From positions 37,131,098 through 37,195,097 of the forward strand of contig NC_068998.1 in assembly GCF_001194135.2 (NCBI RefSeq): a stretch of DNA of 64,000 nt. Reading direction: 5' to 3'. Below the pieces are notes generated by a model. It had not been told where the DNA came from. It searched no databases and was given only the letters and a program-made list of their open reading frames with translations. The translations under genes were made by a program, and so were the position numbers. The stretch's first letter is position 1. Each line of letters starts with the position of its first letter. This stretch comes from Octopus bimaculoides (taxonomy: Eukaryota). Positions 28,356-42,058 of the stretch are shown piece by piece.

Positions 28356-28725
28356 CATAATGTCTTTAGACGGCAGCACATATGACTCTTCATCTTGAGA
28401 CAGTATAATTTCTTATAATTTTCTCAAAGTTTCACCTCTTACGCGGTATGTCTTTTATCATATTTGAGAATAATTTTCCAAATGTATTTCGTCTTAACAC
28501 CAATTTTATACTATACTACTCTATGTGTAGAATGTCTGATTTATGAGTAATTTGCTTTGAATTGTCCACCAATTCGTTTGGGTAATTCAAGAGAACCAAG
28601 TTAGATTTTAACATTCCCCATTAATCATGTTCTTTAAATGTGCTTCTTAACAATACTATTCAGAAAAGCATTTATATTTCATATATCATGCATAAATACA
28701 CACTTGCATATCTGTAACTATATAT

Positions 28726-28757
<32 letters not shown>

Positions 28758-29199
28758 ATCTGTGTCTGTGAGTGTGTACGTGTGTGTTTGTGCGCATGTC
28801 TATGCATGCAAACGTACATACATATTTAGAATTATCTTCGCCAAACAGTGTTTAGGCATAAGCGAACTTTAAGTCAGTTATGTTTGTGACGTAATTCAAC
28901 TTCTACAGGCAAATTTACTGCAGTTACCCTGGGGACAAAAATTCTTTTTTATGGTAAATAGGTGTAAAAACAGTATCTCTATCTAGTACTNNNNNNNNNN
29001 NNNNNNNNNNNNNNNNNNNNNNNNNNNNNNNNNNNNNNNNNNNNNNNNNNNNNNNNNNNNNNNNNNNNNNNNNNNNNNNNNNNNNNNNNNNNNNNNNNNN
29101 NNNNNNNNNNNNNNNNNNNNNTAACATTTTGTTTCTGAAGTTTGGCACTTATTCTGTCGGTCTTTTTCTGAACTACTATATTACGGGGACGTAAACAAA

Positions 29200-29715
29200 C
29201 CAACGCATTCGCCCTTTCTCGGCCTCTTTTTTATCCACCACTGCAGTTCGGTCATGGAGACGAGCTGCGGGAAAGCGCGCCTCACAAACGGCGACCACAC
29301 CTGTTCACCGTCGTCTGCGTAGAGCCGGAGATGTCGCAGTCTCAGTGCGTCTGCGCATCATCAACCACGGTATGCTCAGCCCTCCTTTTAACGGGTGTTG
29401 GCAGCAAACGGATCCCTGACCATCGGAATGCATCCTTTCAACAAGAAGCGGACGAGAATGCGTTCTAGTTTGGTTATGGTAGGGTCGGGACAAGGCACGA
29501 CAGTTAGGCGGTAGTAGCTGACGGACGTGATGTACGTGTTTGCCACCTCCACCCGACCTTTTAGGGACAGCTTCCTCTCGGCCCATTGCCGGGCGAGAGT
29601 AACCACTCTACTCGTTATCTCGTTCCAGTTCTTCTCCGTTTGTAAGTCTGAACCAAACCACATCCCGAGCAACTTGACCGGACCGTCGGTCCAGCGTCCC
29701 ATAGCTGCATCAATG
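29200..29715 (-). mobile_element. L1/Tx1-clade LINE ORF2 fragment (post-RT region), frameshifted
   Basis: GC-rich island. Minus strand reads KLLGMWFG..NWNE..W.ERKLSLKGRVEVANTYI..YRLTVVPCP..KLER.L.RFL, then after a frameshift CCQHPLKGGLSIPWLMMRR, typical of L1/Tx1 ORF2. Confidence 0.85.
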
Positions 29716-29859
29716 TTGTAGTTGTAAAGAAATGCTAATGGTCGGTAGCAATATTGTCGGTCAATCAAGATGAGATCATTTTACAGAATGTGCTTAGTGT
29801 TGCTTATATACAGAGGTAAAAAAATACGTAGAATAAAAAAATAATGATTCTTTCTACTA

Positions 29860-30305
29860 TTGCTTAACTGGTTCTTATTCTATCGACCCTGAGAGAAAGA
29901 AAGACGAAGTAGACATTGTGAGGAATTTGAACTCAGAACATTAAGAGCCAGAGGAAATGCCGCCGCTAAGTATTTTGTCCGAAGCGCTAAAGATTCTGAC
30001 AGCTCGCTGCCTGGTGAAGCTAAGGCAAGAATATGACAAAGAGGACATTGAAGTAACGAGGGTATGGTTCGAGGTCGAGGAATGGGTTCTTCCAGTCGAC
30101 ATCTAATGTCGTTGATCAAATCGATGTAAATAATGGTTTCTGATTCGGACACAAGGACAGTAGTTCTGAAGGGAGGGGCAAGTCGATTACAACGACTCCT
30201 GTACTTGAGTGTGTCTTATTTTGTTGAACTGAAATCTATGAAAGGCAAAGTGGTTCTCGACGAGATGTAAAGAGCTTACCTAACGATTCTACCAGCTCGC
30301 CGCCC
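29860..30305 (-). mobile_element. Two family A SINEs, minus strand (29860-30012, 30150-30305)
   Basis: gaatttgaactcagaac and ccagctcgc(t/c)gcc heads in reverse orientation. Confidence 0.7.
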
Positions 30306-33239
30306 GGAGAAGCTGCGTCAAAAATGCGAGAGAAGCAATATTAAATGAAAGTGAATGTGATCTGATGTGGAGGAGTGGGATCTTCCTAAGGACTTGTAAC
30401 GTTCCTGGATACTAGCGATAAAAAAACAATACAAATAATGTCTTTCTCGAAGAATAACGAGTGGATAACTGCGGAGGAAAGAAACGTGAGAGAAGCCCAG
30501 AGTCTAAACAACAATAAGAATAGATACAACAACAACAACAACAACAAGGACAGCTGCAATATCAATATCAAAGAATATCGAAAATTTCCATGTCGTCAGT
30601 TTTAAATAAAAATGTGATCATTTCTAAGAGTTATCGAATCTGCAGACCCACCACCAGTACCACCATCTTAGATATGAATACTGAAGCATCACATTCTGTG
30701 GTTTGGCATTCAAAGAGGTTTATAGTTTATGGTTTACCATTACCTGTATTATACTTCTTTCTTCATTTCTTTTTAATTCCTTTCTTCGTTCCTTCTCTCC
30801 ATTCGTTCCTTCCGTCCTTCCTTTTAGGTTTTCTTCTCTACGATACTTTTGGTTTTCAATAATTCTCTTGTGGTTTTTTACCTATTTTTTAACTTTTTTT
30901 CTTGTATTCTTTCTTTCATGCTTTTCTCTTCTCTTCACGTTTTCTTTTCCTTTCTTCCTTCTTTGCACCTTTTTTCATTTCTTTCTTTATTCGCTTTTTG
31001 TATTCTTTCTTTCCTTCTTTCTTCCAAGCATGCTCATTCCGTTGCTTTCTGTGTTACAAAACAATGAAACCAAAAAAAAAAAATAAATAAATAAAGTTAA
31101 CGAGTCAAACAATATAAGAAACATAAAACAATAACTGAAAATATATGCTCTCTCTCTCTCTCCCTCTCTNNNNNNNNNNTTATTGGAACACCATTGAATC
31201 CTGGTATGTAAGCTGCTAAATCTCTCTCTTGTTCTCGGTCTCACACACACACACACACACCGATAAATCACATTTCGTGGTTGGCACCGAAAACTGACCT
31301 CTCTGAACTTTTCTCTCGTTCTCTCTCACTCTCCCTATATTCTAACATTACATTCACTGTCTGCAAATGAGTGGAATTTTAACGTTGTTGTATTTAGTAT
31401 TATAACGAGCAACTGATCTCATTCCATCACCCAACCACGTTTAAGGCGGTGCAGCTACTAACAATCGCATACTACTGACTATATACCTGTTTTTAGTACT
31501 TCGCTTTGTCATACTCCTTTATAACATCGTTGTTCTTGCTGCAGTCTTCAGCCCTAGGTTAGTATTGATCTGGTAGATCTTTTATTAAACGCAATCCATA
31601 CCATAACCGCAACGAAACCTAACTTAATTCCAGACATAGTGCATCTAGGATCACATTATTCAGTATATTCCTACGGTTTGTTTACTGCTATTGCTAGCAG
31701 ATCGTGAGGCCAGTTAGAGTTCCTTCGCTGAATCATGTTGTAATCGTTGTTGTTATTGCTGTTACAAACTAGCAGTTCTGCTTTTATAAGGAACAATATC
31801 TATCATCCGTTCGCAGATATCAAAAGCGCAGGAAAGAAAGTAGAGCCTTTGATGTGCTGGATGAGATTACTGAAAAAATATTTCGTTAGCATTACTGCAA
31901 AAGATGTTCCGAAACGGGAGTATTCCTATGGAAGTCACGTGGTTAAATGTTCACCTCTCCTGCATCCTGACGAACTGAGATTGAATGAAAGAATTCCTCT
32001 CATAAAAGCAATAAAACCATAAATATATATAATAAAGGCTACAAGAATACAAAATGAGAAATCGAAAAACGAAATGAACGAAACACACCGATAATGAGAC
32101 AGTTAAATAAAAGAAAAAGATATAATACATACATGAGATCAGGATAGAAAGAAAACTGAACAGTTAGATATAGACCTTTACATTTTAGTAAAGCAAATAA
32201 ATAAGCATACATATATATATATATATATATATAATAATTTTCCCAGAGGATGTAGCAACCGTTACCAATATAGCATAAGAATATGAAAATTTAAAAGTTT
32301 AAAAACCTTATAATATATATATATATATATATATATTATAGACAGAGGGGGATAGAGTGAGAAAGTGTGGGGAGATAGAAAGAGAGATGGAGGGTATGTA
32401 AATGTATTTAGAGTGCATAGTCATAAATAAAAACATTATTATTTAATGTATATATGTGTGTATGTGTCAGTTGTAAGGCCGAATGAATGGTGACAGTTCA
32501 AACGTCTTTAACCAACTAATCAGGTGTCTTATCTGAACGACCTTCTTGACTATGATTTTTTTTTTTTTTTTTTCATACAACCACAACGGCTTCCTACTAA
32601 CAGGTCAGATATATAAAATACTTAAGATAACATCTTGAGAAGTAGGGTAGATTTGAGTTAGTTGCCCCTGGTGTATGCGCTTCACTTTCTCTATAAATTT
32701 TATGATGGTTTCTCAAAATATCATGTTTCCCCATGGTATTTGGTGGAGTGGCCATCTTCTATTTCTACCTTATTTTTACCTAGTTATGTGCTTAATATTT
32801 AACGGATAATGGTGGATTTTTTGTCATAATGTAAGCGAAGAATTCATCAATAAAATGCTGTCGAAACAGCTGTTGTGTATTTTGAACCCCACATGTATTT
32901 TACTTTTATACATATGCTACACTTTGAACCAATCCTGGCTTAGTTCTACGGTTTATATTGGATTGTATGCCTGTGTATATGTGTATATTTATATGTGTAT
33001 ATTTATATAGATGGATAACTGGCTGTGTATGTATACAGACACACACACACACTTTTACAATATACTACCAACATACGACAACTAAGAGTTGCTTTAATAT
33101 ATCGTAAGCTTGTTACTAAATGCCCAGCCATCCTCGGTGTCCTGCATGTTAAAGCACCTATATTCTAATGAATCCTGTAACTGACCCCTTGTGTATGTGT
33201 ATGTGTGTATGCATATATATATGTATACATGTATATATG

Positions 33240-33570
33240 TGTGTGTGTGAGAGAGAGAGAGAGTGCGTGTATAAGAGAGAGTGCGTGTGTGTGTGAGAGT
33301 GTGTGTGAGAGAGAGTGTATGTGAGAGAGTGTGTGTGAGAGAGTGTGTGTGAGAGAGAGAGTGTGTGAGAGAGAGTGTGTGTGAGAGAGAGTGTGTGTGA
33401 GAGAGAGTGTGTGAGAGAGAGTGTGTGTGAGAGAGAGTGTGTGTGAGAGAGTGTGTGAGAGAGAGAGTGTGTGTGAGAGAGAGTGTGTGTGAGAGAGAGT
33501 GTGTGTGAGAGAGTGTGTGTGAGAGAGTGTGTGTGTGAGAGAGAGTGTGAGAGAGAGAGTGTGTGTGTAT
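33240..33570. repeat. Compound (GA)3-5(GT)2-5 minisatellite, ~330 bp
   Basis: About 18-20 alternating gagagaga/gtgtgtgt blocks, period roughly 14-20 nt. Confidence 0.9.
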
Positions 33571-33595
33571 ACATATATGAATACATATGTGTGTG

Positions 33596-33634
<39 letters not shown>

Positions 33635-33815
33635 TTTCTATTCAGACTTAGTGATACTAATAGCAAGTTGTTAGATTTCAATACACGTAAGCTTTAGAAA
33701 CAAACCCGAGTCGAGTCCAGAGCGTAATATAAATTATTGAGCAGAGGTTATGTTATGCACTCCATTTGCTTGCATTTGTTTCTTCAATCGGAATCAGCTT
33801 ATATTTGTGTGTATA

Positions 33816-34035
33816 TATGAGATACGTTCGAAAGGTATCCGACTTTGTCTTTACCCAGTAAAACTAATGCCGCGTGGGAAAAATCCTTTATATGGGTGGT
33901 GACACCGGCGCAAAATTTTTTCGCCTGCCCTGGAGGGGTAGTGATGTATTACCTCGTCTCAATTATTTTGTCCATGCGGCATTAGTTTTTGCGAGAAAAA
34001 ATAAAAAAGTGGGTACATTTTAAATGCACATCGTA
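33816..34035. mobile_element. Mariner-type MITE (~220 bp) with degenerate long TIRs
   Basis: TA ends. The inverted block aaaactaatgccgcgtgg / ccatgcggcattagtttt is near perfect; the outer TIRs are partly decayed. Confidence 0.6.
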
Positions 34036-34532
34036 TGTGTATGTATGATATATGTAGATATTAGACTCCAATAAATAGCAACAGGTTCAATTAGACTTTT
34101 CCTCTTTCAAGAAGGGCGGGTGATGCAATTAATATATTTTCTTGACAAAAAACTAGAAACCCCACAACTTTTCGACCCTAACCAATTTCCATCGGAAGTA
34201 GTGTATAATATTACGATATGCCATAACATCCTGCCTAGATGAACTTGAAAATTCACATACCTGTGATTAGTAACATGAGGTACCAGTTCAGAAAAGCGAT
34301 CTACATTATCGACCGTTAACCTGGCCTTATGCTTATAATAAATTAAAGTATTGGGGTCGATATAGTCGACTGATCTCTATCCTAAATTCTTGGTCTTGAG
34401 TCTTCGTAAAAATCGATAACAATCATCAACATTATCATTTATCTTTATCATCATCACCGTCATCGTCATCATCATCATCACTATCATCATCATCATCATC
34501 AACATCATCACCATATTATCATTATTATTATT

Positions 34533-34572
<40 letters not shown>

Positions 34573-34770
34573 AGGCAGTGAGATGGCAGAATCATTAGCA
34601 CGCAGAGCAAAATAGTTAGCAACATTTCTTTCGCTTTTACATTCTGAGTTCAAATTCCGCCGAGGTCACCTTTTGCATTACAGCCTTTCGTGGGGTCGAT
34701 GAGTTAAGTACCGGTACAACACTGGAGTCGACGTAATCGACTAGACCTCTCCCAACAAATTTTGTTATTA
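34573..34770 (+). mobile_element. SINE family A ending ~40 nt before the exon C acceptor
   Basis: aaggcagtgagatggcagaatcattagc head, gagttcaaattccgccgagg B-box region, ATT-rich tail. Confidence 0.85.
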
Positions 34771-34807
34771 TTTAATTATTATTGTTTTTTTTTCTTTTTT
34801 TTTACAG

Positions 34808-34919
34808 CATATTGTTTGCAGACATCGTTGGCTTTACCGCTCTCGCTTCTCAATGCACTGCCCAAGAGTTAGTGAGGATTCTGAACGAGTTGTTCGGCAG
34901 ATTTGATCAACTGGCTAAG
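34808..34919 (+). CDS. ADCY1: Adenylyl cyclase exon C, 112 nt, phase 2-0, C1a catalytic domain ([38 protein letters not shown])
   Basis: T-rich tract + tttacag acceptor, AAG|gttggt donor at 34920. FADIVGFT carries the first metal-binding Asp of class III cyclases. Frame is consistent with both neighbouring exons. Confidence 0.97.
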
Positions 34920-35317
34920 GTTGGTGTAATTGATTTGGCTAAATTAGCCTCGTTGTATATATTTTCTTTATCTTATATATTGTAGGTATTAGGTATTTTG
35001 ACTAACTTGCTTAGATTGCATATCTAGATTATATACTTCATATATCACAGCTAATTATGTATACCATGCAGAAAATAATTTGCTTAATATATCCAGATTT
35101 TATATTTCACTTCTTGTGTTTTACATGCTAAACTATATATATATTATATAAATCATATATACAATGGTTTATATATTCAGATTATGTATTTCATGCATAC
35201 TAGTTAAACAGGAAATATTATGTAGTATATATACAGAATTCTGAAACTAAGGTGTTCTGTGATATTTTACATTTTACACTCATGCTATACATCAAAGGTA
35301 AAGTACTCGTGATATGT

Positions 35318-35353
<36 letters not shown>

Positions 35354-37304
35354 NNNNNNNNNNNNNNNNNNNNNNNNNNNNNNNNNNNNNNNNNNNNNNN
35401 NNNNNNNNNNNNNNNNNNNNNNNNNNNNNNNNNNNNNNNNNNNNNNNNNNNNNNNNNNNNNNNNNNNNNNNNNNNNNNNNNNNNNNNNNNNNNNNNNNNN
35501 NNNNNNNNNNNNNNNNNNNNNNNNNNNNNNNNNNNNCACATATATATATATATATATAACGTACAACTTTAAAATATCTAGGTTGTATATTAGTGTACGA
35601 TATAAATGCAGACGATTTATACACGTAAATAAACACACTGACGCCCATACATATAAATCCAACATTTGCACAAACTTACAAGTGTTCTCACTCGAATCTC
35701 TTCACGTTCTATCGAAAACATATTTCTAAAGATCATATATTTACTGCACTTCTCTTAAATCTGTCTCAGCTTCTAAGTCATGCATCAGATTCACTTAAAA
35801 TTCTTTGAAATTGTGCTTCGAGCAACAGCTGTAAACATTTCGCCATCAATTTGGAAGCGCTGAACCTAATTTGCATAAATTTATGTGAAGTCATAACTTT
35901 AATAATATAAAATTTGAAATCAAATGGAAAATATATTTTGACAAATATTTCCATTCCAACCAGCTATGTCTACCTTTCGCATTTATGATTACGATTCGAA
36001 CATTCAGAATTTGTTTCCTTGCTTAAGAGTTAGTAGTCGCTCAACTAATTAAAACCCTTTTTCAACTCCAACAAATCTGTGTCGTTGTGCGGGAGCTTTG
36101 TCGCCTACATTGATGAGTAAACCTGAGGCAGCTATGGTTTCGTAGTAGAAGGGGTTAAAACACTTTTAAAGCTGCTTCCCCACCTGATGAAACATCGACT
36201 CCTCCTCCATTCGGACACGGAATAGAGCAGCACTCTCAGCACCCAAGTATTTACCCTACAATTACATATTTCCATTTCAACCAGCCACGTCTTCTTCTAC
36301 ATATTAGGGTCATAAAAAAAGTATTACTATCTAAATCCTCCTGATTTGAACAGCATTCAGAACTAGCTTCTTTGCGTAAATATTTAAAACCTCTTCTCAG
36401 ATCCAATTTCCGTCCAAATCAGTCAATAAGAGTTACTTCACATTGCAGCCGATTTCTTTTCGGAAACAAAATCGTAGCAACGCGAATTAAAAACACAAAA
36501 TGTCCACGATTTATGCAAAAGATTTCTTTCAATCCAACTATTTCTTAAGTATTGAAACTTATTTTGTTGCTCTCAAGATTTACGTCTATTTTGTTGGACG
36601 CATCTTATTTCACGCTGATAAGGTCTACCCTGTCTTTTGTCTTCCTGTCACATGTTGACAGTATTTCACTGCTTTTCTTTCTACCTAAAAAAAAAACACT
36701 AACAAGAAATAAAAACGCAAACGACTAACGTAATATATGCGATAATTTTCAAATATCCAACGTAGAATATTCGAAAGATGTAACAATGGTAATTGTAAAT
36801 TTTAAAGTTTACACCTTTATGTAACATTATATTACGTTATATTACATTATATTATGCAAAATTATATTACATACGTGCATGATAGTAAGTATGTACATAC
36901 AAATATGTGTATTACGTATACAGATGTACAGATTTCCATATGTATTTATTTATATGTTTCAGACGCATAAGTATTTACACATCAATCTGTGTGTTTGTGT
37001 TTCTTCTCAAAGTTCTCATTTACTGAACACTACAGGAATCATATGAAAGCTGTCAAATCGATATAGCATCTTGCATATTCCGCACTTCGCTGCTGTGAAA
37101 TGATTCAGTAGGTAATATGTGGGGTGTCAGCATATTTAATGTACAGCGCATTAAAATGCGAAAGAGATAGAAAATATGCCGTTTTATGGTTCATATTTAC
37201 AAGCCGAGTTCTGTCAAGACATAAATATTTATAAACACAGACAAGACTTTTACACTGAAGCTGACTTTGACCATTTGCTCATATGGGAGGTGTATTTACA
37301 TTTG

Positions 37305-37346
<42 letters not shown>

Positions 37347-37437
37347 ATTTAGATGTGTGTGTGTACATATATATATATATATCATATATATGCGTGTGTG
37401 TGCGTGTATGTATACACATATATACATGCACGCAGAT

Positions 37438-37474
<37 letters not shown>

Positions 37475-37676
37475 CCCCTGCACACTTATACTAATATTCA
37501 TAGTGTGTATAATTGCATATACATAAATATGCATTTGTACATAAGATGTACCCCCTCATAGACATATATAGAACAAATGAAGGCGATACTCCAGTATGGA
37601 CGTCACAGTGATAAGTTAATTCAAGAATGTACACACGTACATGTACAAGCTCCAACACACTCGCACATACACGCGT

Positions 37677-37728
<52 letters not shown>

Positions 37729-38371
37729 ACATACGCATATATGCCCATACAGACAAGCACACTCACTCTTACCTGTATTTCTTCTTCACTTGTATGCGTT
37801 TCTAACTTCATCAACATTTCTATGGGAGTAGAGTGGATCTGAAATTTTTATAGCAGATTGGATTCAGCTGTGCAGGAATCATATTTACAAGATAATGCTG
37901 TCAGCAAGCATAAATATTCATAACCTCACACAAGACTTTTAAACTGACATCGGTCGTATGTTGCACCAGTTGCTAACTGTTAAAAAGCATACACATAAGT
38001 CTGTTGTAAAAAGTATTAGAACAATCTCCTTTTCTCTGGCAGATAATGAATCTGTTGAGTATTGTTGCTTGAGAGTGAATCGATTCTTCGCCTGCTGTCA
38101 GTACACATTGTAAAAATGACAATAAATGACGGGTACTAGTCTGCAATTTGGTGATTGGAACTCGAAACATTTATAGATGATCTTTAATGTCGTAAAGGTT
38201 TGCATCTGGAGTACTTTAGTTTCTTCTAAACTCCTTGAATGATGAAGTGGTAAAGATGTTTCACTGGTTTTTTTAACAATAACTCGTATATCAAATTGTT
38301 TTAAATACATGAGTAACGAGATCAGGGTTGCTAGAATCATTGTTTAACTAACTATTTTGTATCGTTTGACT

Positions 38372-38699
38372 ATGTGGTTCTCAACCGGAGTCCATATGAT
38401 CCCTCAGGGTCCATCTAAGATTTTGGCGGCTCCATTCAAGCAAAATAGTAAATTGGAAATCCATGGAAATATCTTAAATGTTCAGGAAAAAAATTTGCTT
38501 TAGATGTATTTATTACAAGAAACAGCTAGGTTTCTTTCTGTAACATTTTACATAATTCAAACTACACGAGTGAAAAGGTGATGAACTAAATAGGGATATT
38601 GAAAGAAGTATCTATAAAACTAGTTTGTAAAGACGAATGGCTACCAAAATAAAATAATCAAAGGGGCCCATAAATAAAAAAAATGGTTGAGAACCACTG
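38372..38699. mobile_element. hAT-type MITE (~330 bp)
   Basis: TIRs (at)gtggttctcaacc / ggttgagaaccactg, a CAGTGGTTCTCAA-type hAT end. Flanking 8-mers gtttgact / ttttaact (6/8 identical) fit a decayed 8-bp TSD. Confidence 0.75.
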
Positions 38700-39002
38700 T
38701 TTTAACTGATGAGAGAGAATTAAAACCAGCTCTTAATCCATTCTATTAAATGTAGAATTCTCGAAAGATCAAATATGTACTTGGTTACTTTCTTTCAATT
38801 AAACATGCACAATAGCCCTTCTTGCAAATTCGGGTTATAATACGAAGACTTCGTGTATTGAGTCAAGAAGAAAAAAATTATCGTGGAATATGTCCTGAAC
38901 ACGTAAAAATTGCATGACCACAGACTCAACTGAGAATCGAACGGGAGTTTCTTATAAATGTGGTACATGAGAGATTATCGTTACTATAAACAGAAAGTAA
39001 TA

Positions 39003-39208
39003 ATAACTATTTCAATTTTTTTTTTTGCTACAAGGGCAGTGGTGGCGATGAGTCGACTCCAGTGTTCAACTGGTACTTATTTTATCGAACCCGAAAGGAT
39101 GAAAAGCAAAGTCGACCTTGGCAGAACTTGAACTCAGAACGTAGCGACGGGCGAAATACCGCTAAAGTATTTTGTCCAGCGCGCTAACGATTCTTCCAGC
39201 TCGCCGCC
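39003..39208 (-). mobile_element. SINE family A, minus strand, with TSD
   Basis: Reverse complement of the family A consensus; aacagaaagtaata is duplicated at 38989-39002 and 39209-39222. Confidence 0.9.
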
Positions 39209-41046
39209 AACAGAAAGTAATATTAACAACAATAGTTACTATCTGTCAATCCTATCCCTTTTTTGTGTGATTACAGAAATTAGCGTAGCCGGAGGCAAAA
39301 ACAACAGCAGTTACTTTAACCCATGAAGTAACAATAACAACGATGATAACAACAACATTGTTACCGTGGCTACAGAAGGTAGGCGCAAAGACAAAAGCAA
39401 TAATAATAATACCTTCGAAGGATAGCTGCAAAGGGTCAATAATAATAAACGGCTTGGCTACAGTTAAGTGTGTTTCTATCCATATATTAAACACCATGCC
39501 GTTTTCAATACTCGGAATTCCCAAAATTTCGTTACCATGGATATATTTCTAGTTTATTTATAAATATCACAGAAAATACGAACGAATGAATAAGTTACCA
39601 ATTGACACACGTTTGCAATATCTTAAAAATATGAAATCCTTAAATATGATTGAGAATATGATCAGCATCGACCTCACGTTCAATCAACATATTCCAAAAC
39701 AATATATTATCGACTGTTTATTAAATATGCGTAAAGAATTTCTTGTGGATATTGTTTTGTAGATTTGTGTCCGTCTTACGTATTTTATTTTTGCAGTTCT
39801 GGTTAACCGAATTAAATTCTTTCGCTCCGCAGAATATAAAAGACAATCTTTAATATTTCGCCAATACATTTTGCTTCATGCTAACCAATCATTCTATTTT
39901 CAAATTTAATCAAAGTAGTTATTTCTCTAATGAAAATTAATAATAAATCGCCCTGAATAAAAAGTAAATGCATTCATTCACTTTCTTTTCTTTCTTTTTC
40001 GTTTTTCGAAATCGATATTACTATTATTTTTTCCAAATATTACAAGAATAATAAAGTAAAGAATATAAAAAATAGCAATTAAATCGCTCTTGACTAATCT
40101 CAATAGACACTGGGAATACTTTGTAACCAAATGCTGGAAATTGTGAATAACATTTACTTCTATCCAACGTCCAATTAATTTTTCGCTATTATCTTTTTTC
40201 TCTGATTATTTTGAAGAAATATTGAAGTGTATTGCAGATTATTCCTACCGCTTTTCAGAAATTTCTGATCAATATTCTTTAGAAATATTCATGAAATCTG
40301 TAGAAGTCGAAGTAAAGAGATCACAATCCAACTGAAAAACACATCGTAATATCTAAGGAATAAAGGGAGCTGTTCCGCCCTTTAATTTGAATACGAACTA
40401 ATAACATTTGTGTAGTACATTCCTTAGAGTGAAAACCTCTGCTTAACAAGGAAGTTATTTTCATTTCTTTTACTTCTTAAATTCTCATCACAATTTTTGT
40501 CTAACCAATTTGGTTCTAGCCATTCATTAAGTTGGATTTAAAAAGCGATTAAATTTAGAATAAGAAGTATAGCCTGTATTATTAGGGCCAATGTTTAGGC
40601 GATAATACTTTTGAATTTCTTAATGTTTACTAAATTTAATTTTTAATAATCCATTTGAAAATTGCGGAATTCATCCCTTTCGGCACTTAGAACAATCCGT
40701 CGACTTCTTTGTTTCAATTCCTGTCACTCTCCTCTTTAAATTCTTTAAGATCTAGTTATGCGAATTACGCTTGTCAGTATTGTATTACTCGATTTTTGTA
40801 TATGTTAACTTGTCTATATCTATCTGGAAGCGAATAGGAGAATGGTGCGCTACTGAGGTCAAATACAGGCCATAAACATTTGACACAAGACCACTGCTGA
40901 CTATTGCCTCCAAATCAAATTTCCATTTTTCGAAAACATATTAATTCAGCTAAACACATACACGCACACACACACACACGAACACAAATACAAACAGACA
41001 TACACACACATACACACACACACATATATAATTGAAAGCGAAGAGA

Positions 41047-41100
<54 letters not shown>

Positions 41101-41344
41101 NNNNNNNNNNNNNNNNNNNNNNNNNNNNNNNNNNNNNNNNNNNNNNNNNNNNNNNNNNNNNNNNNNNNNNNNNNNNNNNNNNNNNNNNNNNNNNNNNNNN
41201 NNNNNNNNNNNNNNNNNNNNNNNNNNNNNNNNNNNNNNNNNNNNNNNNNNNNNNNNNNNNNNNNNNNNNNNNNNNNNNNNNNNNNNNNNNNNNNNNNNNN
41301 NNNNNNNTATATATATATATATATATATATATATCAAATAATAT

Positions 41345-41640
41345 GTGAGTATATGCATATATACCTACATGTATGTACATACCTACATCTATGTACATAC
41401 CTACATCTACATGTATATACAGATGCATATCTGGGTACATGACGTCACAAAAAAACGTGGACAAAATGAAAAACAGAACATAAACAGAGCACAGAAAACA
41501 AACAGGCCACATAGAGAATATTTCCTTCATCAGCTGCCCCTATTCTAAACTAAGCGTTTCGAAGATTTAGGGCAGGACGCATTGTTAGAATAGCTCCTCC
41601 CGTAGACACAAATTAAATTAAATTTGTAATGCGGAGGAAT
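41345..41640 (-). repeat. Microsatellite-anchored interspersed repeat; partial second copy at 54126-54240
   Basis: Shared gtacatacctacat..catgcatat..ggtaca.gac..aaaaaaacgtgg.ca.aatga block at both loci, each next to TA/TACA repeats. Confidence 0.55.
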
Positions 41641-42058
41641 TTAGTGGCGAACAGAAAGCACGACAGAAAAACGAAAGAGTGAAAATAAACAAGAAGGGCT
41701 GTAGGCCAGACGTGAAAAAAATATCTGTATACTGAACGCTGTGATGTGACGAACGTGGGGGGAAGAGAGAAGAAAGTTCGTGCTAGCTTGACAGTGGCCA
41801 AGAGAAGGAAGAAAGCAGTAGCCGGTCACATGTGACCAGCGAGGGGTAAGGAGTAAGAGTGGTAGAGAGAGAAAAAAGGGGATGAAGTTGAACATAGGTG
41901 AGCAACGAGAGACAGGGAGGAAGAGAGAGTGAAGTAGTAGTGAAGGAGAGAGGCGAAGAACAACAGAAGGAAGGATGAAAGGGGGAGAAAGATACACAGA
42001 TAGATAGAGTCAGAAAATAAAGTTAAAACTTACTTGCAAAGGGGACGCGTGAGTTCGA

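Noticed and set aside
30780-31030. Long pyrimidine tract and its F/L/S-rich ORFs (purine counterparts at 1030-1330 and 53880-54050)
   Set aside because: Low-complexity sequence; the apparent hydrophobic ORFs are compositional artefacts.
41824-41837. Perfect 14-bp palindrome ggtcacatgtgacc (also tatgcgcgcgcgcata at 14161-14176)
   Set aside because: Short palindromes in or near repeat-derived sequence; no independent evidence of function.
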